A stretch of DNA of 41,046 nucleotides from a virus (lineage: Duplodnaviria; Caudoviricetes): positions 1 through 41,046 of the IMG/VR virus record IMGVR_UViG_3300037044_000222. The stretch is one strand, 5' to 3'. A program made the position numbers and the translations under genes. Shown one piece after another: positions 1 to 8,653 of the stretch. The number at the start of each line of letters is the position of its first letter. Position 1 is the stretch's first letter. The notes below the pieces were generated by a model. It was not told the origin of the DNA and did no database searches. It worked only from the letters and a program-made list of their open reading frames with translations.

Positions 1-321
1 ATGGAAGTCAAATACCAGGAATACGAGAAAGCGCTTTGGCAAAAGCGTCAGTGGCGTGTTGAGCTCAGTGGTGTTTCTGCTGCCGACGTGGATGGTCTGC
101 GCGATGAGTTGCTCAGAATGCGCCAGCGGGCGCTTCGAGGCGGAATAGTAGAAATCTATGTTGACGGGCATTCGGAGCCCCTTGGACCTTGGAAGTCGGG
201 AGACTTGTGGAGGCCGACAGGTTACTACCGCGACGATGGTGAACACTACATCCGTGGCTTCTTTCTCGGATTGAAGATCTCCGGGAATCCGAAGGGCGAC
301 TTCAAGCTCAACGGTCTCTGA
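1..321 (+). CDS. Hypothetical protein (106 aa, possibly 5'-truncated), lower GC than the phage core
   Basis: Open frame from the window edge with protein-like composition; no recognisable motif. Confidence 0.55.
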   Translation: MEVKYQEYEKALWQKRQWRVELSGVSAADVDGLRDELLRMRQRALRGGIVEIYVDGHSEPLGPWKSGDLWRPTGYYRDDGEHYIRGFFLGLKISGNPKGDFKLNGL

Positions 322-522
322 GGGAGTCGGGTTGTCGGCCCTCGCGAGGATGGCCGACTGGGACTCGTTTCCGAGAGAGGCGGTGTTTACGGTTCATCTG
401 CGACATGTTTCTGAAGTCGCGCTTGTCCCAATCCGTGTGCGCAGGGAGGACGTACTTTCGTGAATCTCGTGTTGGCTGGTTCTCCATAGTCGTGTTGCGG
501 TTTTTCGAGCTGCAACGGACTC

Positions 523-538
523 TGCAGGAAGTGTGCCA
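523..538 (-). promoter_or_regulatory. Putative sigma54 (-24/-12) site pointing left
   Basis: Minus strand TGGCAC-ACTTC-CTGCA versus consensus TGGCAC-N5-TTGCW. Confidence 0.4.
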
Positions 539-628
539 ATCGATTTTGTAACATGTTGATAAGCAATATGTTATGTATTTGTCTTTTTGTAACTTAAGAA
601 TGCGAAACCTACTTTATCGCGATAATAG

Positions 629-732
629 TCTAACTTCTCAAACGAGAATCTAACTTCTCAAACGAGAATCTAACTTCTCAAACGAGAATCTAACTTCTCA
701 AACGAGAATCTAACTTCTCAAACGAGAATCTA
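629..732. repeat. Perfect tandem repeat, 5 x 20 bp (TAACTTCTCAAACGAGAATC)
   Basis: Identical units at 631, 651, 671, 691 and 711; each has an internal inverted repeat TTCTC-aaac-GAGAA; AT-rich context. Confidence 0.97.
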
Positions 733-765
733 GTTCGTTTCAAGCGGGTAGCATTACATTCTGTG

Positions 766-781
766 TGGCACGGATAGTGCT
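766..781 (+). promoter_or_regulatory. Putative sigma54 (-24/-12) site pointing right
   Basis: TGGCAC-GGATA-GTGCT. Confidence 0.4.
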
Positions 782-931
782 CTAACTTGATTCGTGCCAA
801 GTGTGCATGGGTGCCGCAGACACGGATGAATGGCGGTTGAGAAGAGGAGCGCCTCTTGGAGGCGGGCGCAAGAAACCACCTCCACCTAGCGATGCAAAGC
901 ATCATAGGGCAACGACTTAAAGACCGGTTAT

Positions 932-959
932 CCGCTGGAGTGCTCTTCGCCTCCAGCGG
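932..959. terminator. GC-rich hairpin downstream of the tail operon
   Basis: CCGCTGGAG-N10-CTCCAGCGG; no clear U-tract. Confidence 0.3.
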
Positions 960-1122
960 GGAGCTCACCAGAAGGTGTCACGTTGCGCCCGAGAGATTGC
1001 GGTGATGTGCCCGTGCCCGGCCTTTGGCCGGGCAGCCAATCAAAGACAGCGTACATGCTTGAAGAAGCCCGGCCCCAGCGGCATGTCTAGACGCGGCGTA
1101 CGCTCGACCGGTCGCCCGTGCG

Positions 1123-1215
1123 CTATGCCTCCGGCACCTCCCACACGTATCCGCCGGCGTGGCGCTTGATGCGGCCGGTGGTGACGTTGAGGATGAGGTA
1201 GCCGGCACGGATCAT
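1123..1215 (-). pseudogene. 30-aa remnant duplicating an internal segment of the tail fibre (alternative short C-terminus)
   Basis: MIRAGYLILNVTTGRIKRHAGGYVWEVPEA versus TIPTGYLILNVTTGHLKHHAGGYSWTT; DNA 1141-1218 versus 2090-2167 matches at 62/78 by hand alignment. Confidence 0.7.
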
Positions 1216-1219
1216 CCCG

Positions 1220-2455
1220 CTAGGCATACTGCCCCCCGGTGGCGGTGATTCCGGCGGAGTTGCCGGGGAGGAGGTTGACCCCACCGCCGGCGGTCTGGAT
1301 GACGGCATTGGTCACGATGTCGAACCGCTTTCCCGTGGCCGAGCCGCTGAAGGTGCTGCCGTTGAACATCATCAGCGAACATTCCGATGCAATGGCAAAG
1401 GCCGAGGAAAACGCCGGCGTTCCGCTGACCGTGACCGTTTTGTAGCGGCAATCATAGACCCCCTGGCCCCAGAGCATTACATGCGCGAGGCCGCCCGCCG
1501 TGATGGCGTAGTTGCCGATCGCCCGGATGATGCCGCACCGCTGGGCGGTGATCTGAGGCTGCCCCGCCGCCACGGTGCCCAAGACGACGTTGCTGATGTC
1601 GATGATCCCGTTCAGTTGAGCCGTCACCAGGGCGTAGCCCGAGGCGTTCCCCTCTAGCTTGAGGTCTTTGAGGGTAAGGAACGCGCCCGCGCTGGCGGTG
1701 ACGGTGGCGTTGAGGCTCGTGCCCCGCACGATGACGGCGGACGCATCGGCGGCATTTCCCTGGATGGTGACGGTCCCGGCGCCGACCAGGAGGCGGGCGT
1801 TCAGCGGTTGCTCATAGGTGCCGTCGGCGACCTGGACGGTCACGTTGTAGATGACGGTGTCCAGGGCGGCGGCGGCGTCAATGGCCTTCTGGATCGTGAG
1901 GAAGGGGGAACCGGCGGACAGGCCGTCATTGTTGTCGTTGCCGGTGGTGGCGACGTAGTAGGTGCGGTTGGCGGTCAGGGCCTCGCGGCCGCCAGACCCT
2001 GATCCCGGAGGTCCTTCAGGTCCTTGCGGTCCTTGCGGTCCCTCTGGGCCTGTTGCGCCTGGGGGACCTTCAGGCCCTGTTACGGTCGTCCAAGAGTACC
2101 CGCCGGCATGGTGCTTTAGGTGCCCGGTGGTTACGTTGAGGATGAGGTAACCGGTCGGGATCGTCCCGCTCGAGGGGTCCGCCGTCACGGCCGCCGGCCG
2201 GATCTGCAACCACGTCCCCGGCGTCCCGGCCCCGGTACAGCGCCACTCCCCGCCCAGGGCATCGCGCCAGAACTCGTTCAGGACCCTGGAGCCGGAAGTC
2301 GGCGGGCCGATGATCGTGGTCGGGCTGCCGTTCTGGTAAGTGGCCACCCGCTTGGCGATGTCCTCGGCCAGGAGGGTGAAGTTGTCGGCCGTCAGCTCGC
2401 GGAACAGGGCTGCGTTGCTGACGTCGTTTAGGCGGCTTGGTGCGATGGTGCTCAT
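1220..2455 (-). CDS. Tail fibre / receptor-binding protein with collagen-like linker and beta-helix-like C-terminal domain
   Basis: Last tail gene; (Gly-X-Y)8 at about 2006-2077; YYVATTGNDNNDGLS..PFLTIQKA..V.VADGTY motif typical of pectin-lyase-like beta-helix caps. Confidence 0.8.
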   Translation of the reverse strand: MSTIAPSRLNDVSNAALFRELTADNFTLLAEDIAKRVATYQNGSPTTIIGPPTSGSRVLNEFWRDALGGEWRCTGAGTPGTWLQIRPAAVTADPSSGTIPTGYLILNVTTGHLKHHAGGYSWTTVTGPEGPPGATGPEGPQGPQGPEGPPGSGSGGREALTANRTYYVATTGNDNNDGLSAGSPFLTIQKAIDAAAALDTVIYNVTVQVADGTYEQPLNARLLVGAGTVTIQGNAADASAVIVRGTSLNATVTASAGAFLTLKDLKLEGNASGYALVTAQLNGIIDISNVVLGTVAAGQPQITAQRCGIIRAIGNYAITAGGLAHVMLWGQGVYDCRYKTVTVSGTPAFSSAFAIASECSLMMFNGSTFSGSATGKRFDIVTNAVIQTAGGGVNLLPGNSAGITATGGQYA

Positions 2456-2460
2456 GGGAG

Positions 2461-2488
2461 GGTCAGAGGTCAGAGGTCGGAGGTCAGG
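2461..2488. repeat. Heptamer tandem repeat (GGTCAGA)n upstream of the tail fibre start
   Basis: ggtcagaggtcagaggtcggaggtcagg. Confidence 0.8.
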
Positions 2489-4775
2489 TTTTCCAGACTG
2501 CAACCGAGTCGTAATCCAGGCTGCGGTGTCCGCCCAGGGCGAGGTAAGCCCGGACGGTGAAGTCGGTCTCGGCCCCCAGCGCGGCGATCAGGGCCGCGTT
2601 GGTCAGGGTGTAGGGGCCGGCCCGGTTCACGTAGAGGGTCCCCTTCAGGACCGCGCCGGCCCACAGCTCGAGGACCGCCTGGTCCGCGCGACATTCGAGG
2701 TCAACCTCAGGCTCGGCCTCGTCCCGGCCCTCGCTGGTCAGGTCCCAGTCCAGGACCACGTTCTGGCCGCTCGAGTAGGTCGGGGCCACGCCATCCCCGT
2801 TGGCCGTCAGGTTGGCCGGACCCAGGGGTCGAAGGGCGCGGAGCAGGATCGGGTGGGTGATCTTCTCCACGTCCGCGAGGCTCACCTCGAGGTGGAGCAT
2901 TCGGGGCTGGAGCTTCAAACCCACTGCCAGCGCCCACTTCGGCGCGTCCCACTCGAACAAGGGCTGGTCCCCGAGCTGGACGCACCAGCACTCGGCTCCG
3001 AGGGCATGGCTGCGCCGCACGGTTCCGAATTGACCACGGACCACGCTCAGGGTGTAGCGGCCGGCGGACACCAACGTCGGGGACCAGCCAAGCAGGATCT
3101 CGTCGCCGAGGAAGATGAGGAACCGCCGGGCGCCCACGCCCTCATCGAAAGGCATGTCATCGAGGTCATCGTCCGGGCTGGTGAACGTCACATCGAGGCC
3201 CCCCTCCAGGTAGAACAGGCCAGCCGCATCCAGACCGGTATTCAACTCGCCCCGGCGTCCGAACAGGCCACTTTCCCCCACGGCCGAGAAGCTATTCGTG
3301 GACCGCTCCCACCAGAGCGTCCAGGCGTTCGAGAGCGCTTCACCGCGGGCCGGCAGCACCAGCAGCCGCGCGGCCGTCTTCCCGGTCCAGGTCAGGGGCA
3401 GTTCGAACACCAGGACGTCATGACAGGGCAGCGGGGTGTAGATGACGGGTTCGAGCGCGGAGTCGGCCGGGACCGGATAGTCGTTGACCATCAGGTGGGC
3501 GGAGTCCTCCCGGACCGTCAGCAGCACGTCCGGCGATTCCGGCCCGGGCACCTCGACCCCGAGGACCCGGAAACGCACGTCATCAATCCCGGCCGTCGGG
3601 TACGTCAGGGCGACCACATCCCCAGGCCGCAGACCGGCAGCCACCGACCGCCTGGCCCGGAGTTGGCCTTCCAGCCAGGGCAGGCTGTGACTCTTGCCGT
3701 AGGCCATGGCCACCTTCCAGGCCACGGCTGGGTCGGTGATCCAATCGCATTCGAGGGCCTGGGTCAGCGGCCGGCCCGTGACGTTGAACGCCGCCGGGTT
3801 GCGCCAACTCACCGCATCCGTCTGCCAGTTCCGGTCCCGGTTCTTGAACCGGACCACCACCTCGTTGACCACTTCCGTCCATCCGTGCGCCGTCAGGTCG
3901 GGAGGATCGAGCAGGCTGCCGGTGTCCAGGGCGACCGGCGTGACGTTATCCCGAAGGAGCCGCAGGCTGAGCTGGCCTGCCGGGGTGTGGTACAGGGCGG
4001 CGTCGAGGTATTCGAGGAAGTCGTTGAGCAGCCCGTCCAGGCGGGTGACCTGATCCAGGAACACCGAGAGGCTGAAGCCGTCGGTGAACAACTGGGTCGC
4101 CACCGCGTTCCAGCCTACCGTGTCCAGGGCCGAGGAGGGCAGGCCGGCGCCAAAGCGGGTATCGGTCATCAGCTCACCCAGGGCGGCAATCGGGTTGACC
4201 TCGCCGTTGAGGCCCGCGCTGACGTTCAGCCAGCTCACCACCGGGAGCCGGGTCAGCTCGAACTGGATGCCGGGCACCTGGTTGCGGTTCTCGCCGAGCA
4301 ACCAGTCGTTGAAGACCACGTAACACTGGCCCCGGTAGGCGGGATGCTCGACGCCGCTGCCGGTCAGTTCGGCATCCACCGTCTGCGTGGCCGTGCCCCA
4401 GTAGAGGGTGAGACTGCCGCGGCCCTCGACGGTGATCTCCGCTGAGTCGTTGCTCCCCGCGTTCAGCGGGCCTTCCCAGGCGCTCTCATCGTCCACGAGG
4501 ATGGCGTGCAGGGTCTGGACCGGCCCAACGCAGAGCATTCCGGCGAAGCTGGCGAAGTAGTTGTAGCCGACGGTCTGCTTCTTCTTGCCGACCTTCTTGC
4601 GGACGGGAACAGAGCGCACGCCCCAGGGCTCGCTGATCCAGGTCAACCCGAGCCGCGCGCGGCCGGCCAGGTATGGGACGGGCCGGCCATGCTCATCGGT
4701 GGCCAGGGTGGACGGGTCTTTCCCTAGGGCCTTGGGCGGCGGAGGTGGGAGGATGTCACTGGCGCTGTTGAACAT
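2484..4775 (-). CDS. Tail tip / host-specificity protein (Phage-tail_3, GTA gp15-like)
   Basis: 763 aa; PVPYLAGR, PAYRGQCYVVF, NEVVVRFKNRDRNW, LRPGDVV and VVRGQFGT..H motifs; follows NlpC/P60. Confidence 0.85.
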   Translation of the reverse strand: MFNSASDILPPPPPKALGKDPSTLATDEHGRPVPYLAGRARLGLTWISEPWGVRSVPVRKKVGKKKQTVGYNYFASFAGMLCVGPVQTLHAILVDDESAWEGPLNAGSNDSAEITVEGRGSLTLYWGTATQTVDAELTGSGVEHPAYRGQCYVVFNDWLLGENRNQVPGIQFELTRLPVVSWLNVSAGLNGEVNPIAALGELMTDTRFGAGLPSSALDTVGWNAVATQLFTDGFSLSVFLDQVTRLDGLLNDFLEYLDAALYHTPAGQLSLRLLRDNVTPVALDTGSLLDPPDLTAHGWTEVVNEVVVRFKNRDRNWQTDAVSWRNPAAFNVTGRPLTQALECDWITDPAVAWKVAMAYGKSHSLPWLEGQLRARRSVAAGLRPGDVVALTYPTAGIDDVRFRVLGVEVPGPESPDVLLTVREDSAHLMVNDYPVPADSALEPVIYTPLPCHDVLVFELPLTWTGKTAARLLVLPARGEALSNAWTLWWERSTNSFSAVGESGLFGRRGELNTGLDAAGLFYLEGGLDVTFTSPDDDLDDMPFDEGVGARRFLIFLGDEILLGWSPTLVSAGRYTLSVVRGQFGTVRRSHALGAECWCVQLGDQPLFEWDAPKWALAVGLKLQPRMLHLEVSLADVEKITHPILLRALRPLGPANLTANGDGVAPTYSSGQNVVLDWDLTSEGRDEAEPEVDLECRADQAVLELWAGAVLKGTLYVNRAGPYTLTNAALIAALGAETDFTVRAYLALGGHRSLDYDSVAVWKT

Positions 4776-4777
4776 GG

Positions 4778-5224
4778 TCAGTCGGCCCCGGGCGGGCTGA
4801 ACGCGATGGCAAACCGGCGGGCATAGGTCGGGTCATCGAGCCGGGAGATCAGGACCCCGTGCCCGCGCAGGCAATGGCAGAACCGCTGGTCCCCGAGGGC
4901 AACCCCGACATGGTTGACCACCCGGCCGACCCGGAACAGGACCACGTCCCCGGGCGCGATGTCTTCGGCCGGGACCGGGGTCCATTCGGGCCGGGCCTTG
5001 AACCAGGCCAGGACGGGCGAGCTGTCGGCGTGGTCGCCGAAGTCCACGGTGTAGGGCGGGAACTCGAGGTCGGTGGCCAGGCCCGATTCCTCGAGGAGCG
5101 CGGCGGCCAGTTGAACGCAGTCCACCCCGACCCCGCAGATCCGCGCGTGCTCGCGGAACGGGGTGCCCTTCCAGCGGAGGGCCGCCGCCAGGAGGGTCGG
5201 GTTTGCCTGGACCGCGGCCGTCAC
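4778..5224 (-). CDS. NlpC/P60 family tail-associated peptidase
   Basis: WKGTPF..H...GVGVDC, PGDVVLF, HVGV, FCH motifs. Confidence 0.92.
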   Translation of the reverse strand: MTAAVQANPTLLAAALRWKGTPFREHARICGVGVDCVQLAAALLEESGLATDLEFPPYTVDFGDHADSSPVLAWFKARPEWTPVPAEDIAPGDVVLFRVGRVVNHVGVALGDQRFCHCLRGHGVLISRLDDPTYARRFAIAFSPPGAD

Positions 5225-6663
5225 TTCTTGCCTCCGTTGACCTGGGGGACTTCGAGAGCCTTGATGGCGAGGTTGCGCAGGGCGAACCGGTGCCCCCCGT
5301 AGCGGACCGTGTTGCCGAATTTCCCGTCACAGGTCCCCCAGCGGCCGTCACAGCCGGGCACCAGCGTCACCCCGGCATCCACGCCGCTGAATCGGAGCGG
5401 GGCATTGAGCGTGAGGGTCAGGGCGCCGCCAGACTCTGCCTCGTGCTTCAGGATCAACCGGACCTCACGGCTGATCCCGGACCCGACCTCGAGCCAGCCC
5501 TCGGCAAACCAGTTGACGATGATACCCGAGAGGGCCGGCCCAGCGACCGTCACGTCCCGGCCGGCCAGCGCCGTGATCGTGGCGGCTTTCTCCCACTCCG
5601 CCCGATCCAGGCCGCAGGTGGAGGGTTCAAAGACCCGATACTGGCAGCGGGTGGAGAAGTAGAACGCCGGGACCCGGGTCTGCTCCCCGCCCCAAAGCGT
5701 AACGCACCGGGCGCGCAGCTTCCGGCCCTCGGCCCGGACCGAGGTGACCACGCCGCTGAACAGGACCACCTGGGCGGTCGGGTTCGAGTAGTCCGCGGTG
5801 GCGATCTCGACATGCAACGGCTGGCAGCCGTGCGGCGGGAAGGCCAAGCCGAAGGGTGAGTCCTCGAGGCGCTCGACCTCGATCTCGACCCCCTGCCGGA
5901 CCCCGGTGGTGTCATAGCCGATGGTTCCGTGGGTGATCCGGCGCGCCGTGTAGGTCAGCTCGTTCACGTCCTCGAGGTCCCAGGCAAAGCTCGTCCAGTA
6001 CCAGTCCACCCGCTCGGCCCCCTCCCCGACCCAGAGATGGTACAGGAACACGGGTCGGGTGCCGGACTCGATCTCGGCATACTCCGCCGGCAACTCGATG
6101 ACCTTGACCGTGCGGACCTGGCGGCCCTCGGCGGTGAACTCGCCCCGTTCGGTGTCTTCTGCCAGGCGCACGTAGGCCAGGGTCCACGCCTGCCAGGACT
6201 CATCCACGGTGACGGATTCCTCGAACGTGACCCGTTCGGTGCCGTCGCCGTTGTCGGTGACGCTGATGATCTTCGCCCCCCTGCCGGCCTGGCCCGCCTT
6301 GGTGAACCAAGCAACGGGAGGAAGATGGTCCGCCCAAGACGCAGCCAGGCCAGCGTCTGCAACATCACATTCGGTTGCCGAATGTCCAACCACGATGCGG
6401 AAGGCGGCCACCGGCGTCGGGAGCCAGAACCCGACCAACCGACCGCCGAGGTCCTTCGTGAAGGTGTCGAACTCCTCGATCTCCTCTGGCGTGTCCAGCC
6501 AGACGCGCAGGTCCCAGCCGTGAACCGGGTGTTCCTGCTCGCCGTAGAAAGCCTCGGGCCCGAACCCGAGCGCCACCTCGCGCAAGTCATACTCGATCCG
6601 GCCCGCGGGCAGGGCGGTCCAGTCCACGGTCAGCTCGAAAACGGGGCGGTCGCGGTAGGTCAC
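5221..6663 (-). CDS. Tail hub protein (DUF2163/BR0599-like)
   Basis: C-terminal C..vF...CGL, WFAEG and PGCDG..GTC..KFGN...YGG motifs. Confidence 0.85.
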   Translation of the reverse strand: MTYRDRPVFELTVDWTALPAGRIEYDLREVALGFGPEAFYGEQEHPVHGWDLRVWLDTPEEIEEFDTFTKDLGGRLVGFWLPTPVAAFRIVVGHSATECDVADAGLAASWADHLPPVAWFTKAGQAGRGAKIISVTDNGDGTERVTFEESVTVDESWQAWTLAYVRLAEDTERGEFTAEGRQVRTVKVIELPAEYAEIESGTRPVFLYHLWVGEGAERVDWYWTSFAWDLEDVNELTYTARRITHGTIGYDTTGVRQGVEIEVERLEDSPFGLAFPPHGCQPLHVEIATADYSNPTAQVVLFSGVVTSVRAEGRKLRARCVTLWGGEQTRVPAFYFSTRCQYRVFEPSTCGLDRAEWEKAATITALAGRDVTVAGPALSGIIVNWFAEGWLEVGSGISREVRLILKHEAESGGALTLTLNAPLRFSGVDAGVTLVPGCDGRWGTCDGKFGNTVRYGGHRFALRNLAIKALEVPQVNGGKK

Positions 6664-7628
6664 GGGATGAGACAGTAACCGATGTCCATGACCTCCATGC
6701 TGTTGTCAGGGTAGCGGCTGAATGCTTCGATGTATGCCTCCTGGCCTGTGGGGACGAGGTAGATGTGCGGGAACAGGGTGTGATCCCCGTTGGCGATACT
6801 GCTAAAGGTCGCTGCGTTCATCCCCGCAATCGGCGTGACCAGGGGATCAGGGTACTTCAGCACGCTCAGGAACTTGTCTTTGGTGAAGTTGAGCCCCCGC
6901 CAGACTCCGTTCGTCAACCTCCACGTTCCGTCGGTCGTATTCTTGTGATACTCGAGGAAGAAGCCGCACGGGTGGTCGCGGCTCGCCGCAATCGTGTAGG
7001 GGCTGATCGTGCCGTTGATGTTGCCCCAGCTCGCAGCGGCTTTCCACTGCACGTAGTAGTCCGTGCTGCTCTTGTAGATGTACGCTGGTGGCGTCGAGGT
7101 GTAATTGTGCCCGCCGGACGTACCGCTGGTCATCCCGGTCCACCAAACGCAGTTGGGGGATGAGACGGGGTATTGCCCCAGACTGACTCCAAAACCCCAG
7201 GCATAGGACGGGCCGGTCACGGTGGTCGTTGCCGTAATCGCGCAGCGCATCCCAATGCGCAGGCGCGTCCACCCAAGCAGACAGATCCGACCGGCGGTGT
7301 CCTCGGTGATGGCCTCGGTGTATGAACTCGCCCCGGTGTACGACACCTTGTTGGGAGCCGGCACCGCCGTCACCGGGAAGACCCGGTAGTTGGTCGTCAT
7401 GTTATAGGCCGCCGGCATTCCGCCCGGAACGATGAGGTCTCCGACAATCATGTTGTGACTATCGGCGAAGGTCAGCGTGCGGGTGGTGCCCGCACTCTCC
7501 CGGTGCGTCGTCGCGAGGATAGCCGCCCGCGGCCAGGTCATCCTGGCCCGCACGCCATACTGGTTCGCAACAAGGATGGCCGTGTTGGCTTCACTGGCTG
7601 ACGTCGCTGTGATCTTGGAAAGTCCCAT
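6660..7628 (-). CDS. Putative accessory tail/receptor-binding protein, lower GC
   Basis: 322 aa, Thr/Tyr/Trp-rich beta-type sequence; lies between distal tail and hub genes, 1 nt after the upstream stop and overlapping the next start. Confidence 0.6.
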   Translation of the reverse strand: MGLSKITATSASEANTAILVANQYGVRARMTWPRAAILATTHRESAGTTRTLTFADSHNMIVGDLIVPGGMPAAYNMTTNYRVFPVTAVPAPNKVSYTGASSYTEAITEDTAGRICLLGWTRLRIGMRCAITATTTVTGPSYAWGFGVSLGQYPVSSPNCVWWTGMTSGTSGGHNYTSTPPAYIYKSSTDYYVQWKAAASWGNINGTISPYTIAASRDHPCGFFLEYHKNTTDGTWRLTNGVWRGLNFTKDKFLSVLKYPDPLVTPIAGMNAATFSSIANGDHTLFPHIYLVPTGQEAYIEAFSRYPDNSMEVMDIGYCLIP

Positions 7629-7629
7629 A

Positions 7630-8652
7630 TCATGAAGCGGAAAAGGCCGCGGCCACCCAAATGACCAAACCATCCACCGGCTGATCCTGGCTGAGCGTCA
7701 ACCGCCCCCCGGTCCAGGATGCTTCGGGGACACCATCCTCCAGGTTGCTCCACGTTTCATACACCCCGCTGATCCCAAAGGCATTCCCCGTCCAGAACGG
7801 GAAGGTTTGGGGCAGGTTCCACGCCTCGCCGTTGGCGGTGAACGTCTTCACCATTCCGATGAAGGCAAAGTCGGCCAGCCATGTGAATGAGTCCACCTCC
7901 CCCGCGGAACCCGCGGCGTGTCCGAACCAGACACCCATGCATGCATAGCTGAGCGAAGACAATGGATGCCCGGCATCTGCGAAGCTCAGAGCAAAAGCCT
8001 GATCGGCGAAGTTGTTCCAGGATTCGCACGCACCCCACGGATCAATGAAGCAGATGCTCTCCCATTCGGGCGGATCGGGTCGGACCACCAGTTCGGCCAG
8101 GGTAACGGTCACGCCCGCGTGCCAGTCGGTGCGGTGGCTCAAGTCCGAGAACGTGAGCCGGCCGAAGACCAGCGGCCAGGCCCAGGTGCCCTCGCCCCAG
8201 GTCCCGATCAGGGCCGCCTTGAGCGTGAGCGTGTCGCCGTTGACCGCCTCGGCCTGGGCCAACTCGAAGGCCTCGACCGGGTCGGCCTCGAGGGACCGCA
8301 GCAAGAGGAAGTCATCCGCCTCGAACCACGGCCACGCCTCCTCCTCGATGACCAATTCGGTGCCGGCGGCCGACACCACGCGCCGGCCTCGGCCCCAGTA
8401 GGGCGCACAGGCCAGGCCCGACTTGGCCGCCGCCCGGAGCCGGGCCAGCAGCGGCGTCTGCTCGGTGACATCGAAGGGCAGGACCCGCCAGGACAAGGAC
8501 CCGCGCGGCTTCGGGCGCAGGGCCCGCCGTTCCTCGGCGCCGGTCAGGACCCGCTGCACATCGGTCCGCCAGGCGCGCGACCATTGGACCGGCCGCGACC
8601 AGTCGGGCAGGTGCGGCAGCAGGACGTGGGCGTTGACCTCGGTGACAGGCAT
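7630..8652 (-). CDS. Distal tail protein (DUF2460-like) with an aromatic-rich C-terminal extension
   Basis: PDWSRPV...WRTDV..TGAEERRALRPKPR motif; starts just after the tape measure stop. Confidence 0.75.
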   Translation of the reverse strand: MPVTEVNAHVLLPHLPDWSRPVQWSRAWRTDVQRVLTGAEERRALRPKPRGSLSWRVLPFDVTEQTPLLARLRAAAKSGLACAPYWGRGRRVVSAAGTELVIEEEAWPWFEADDFLLLRSLEADPVEAFELAQAEAVNGDTLTLKAALIGTWGEGTWAWPLVFGRLTFSDLSHRTDWHAGVTVTLAELVVRPDPPEWESICFIDPWGACESWNNFADQAFALSFADAGHPLSSLSYACMGVWFGHAAGSAGEVDSFTWLADFAFIGMVKTFTANGEAWNLPQTFPFWTGNAFGISGVYETWSNLEDGVPEASWTGGRLTLSQDQPVDGLVIWVAAAFSAS

Positions 8653-8653
8653 C

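Noticed and set aside
629-732. CRISPR array
   Set aside because: The units abut with no spacers, and no cas genes are present
690-968. 92-aa minus-strand ORF
   Set aside because: Runs into the tandem array, with no coding bias or motif
1141-2167. Diversity-generating retroelement TR/VR pair
   Set aside because: Mismatches are not adenine-specific on either strand, and there is no reverse transcriptase in the window
1141-2167. Invertase-type tail fibre shufflon
   Set aside because: The repeats are direct rather than inverted, and no invertase is nearby
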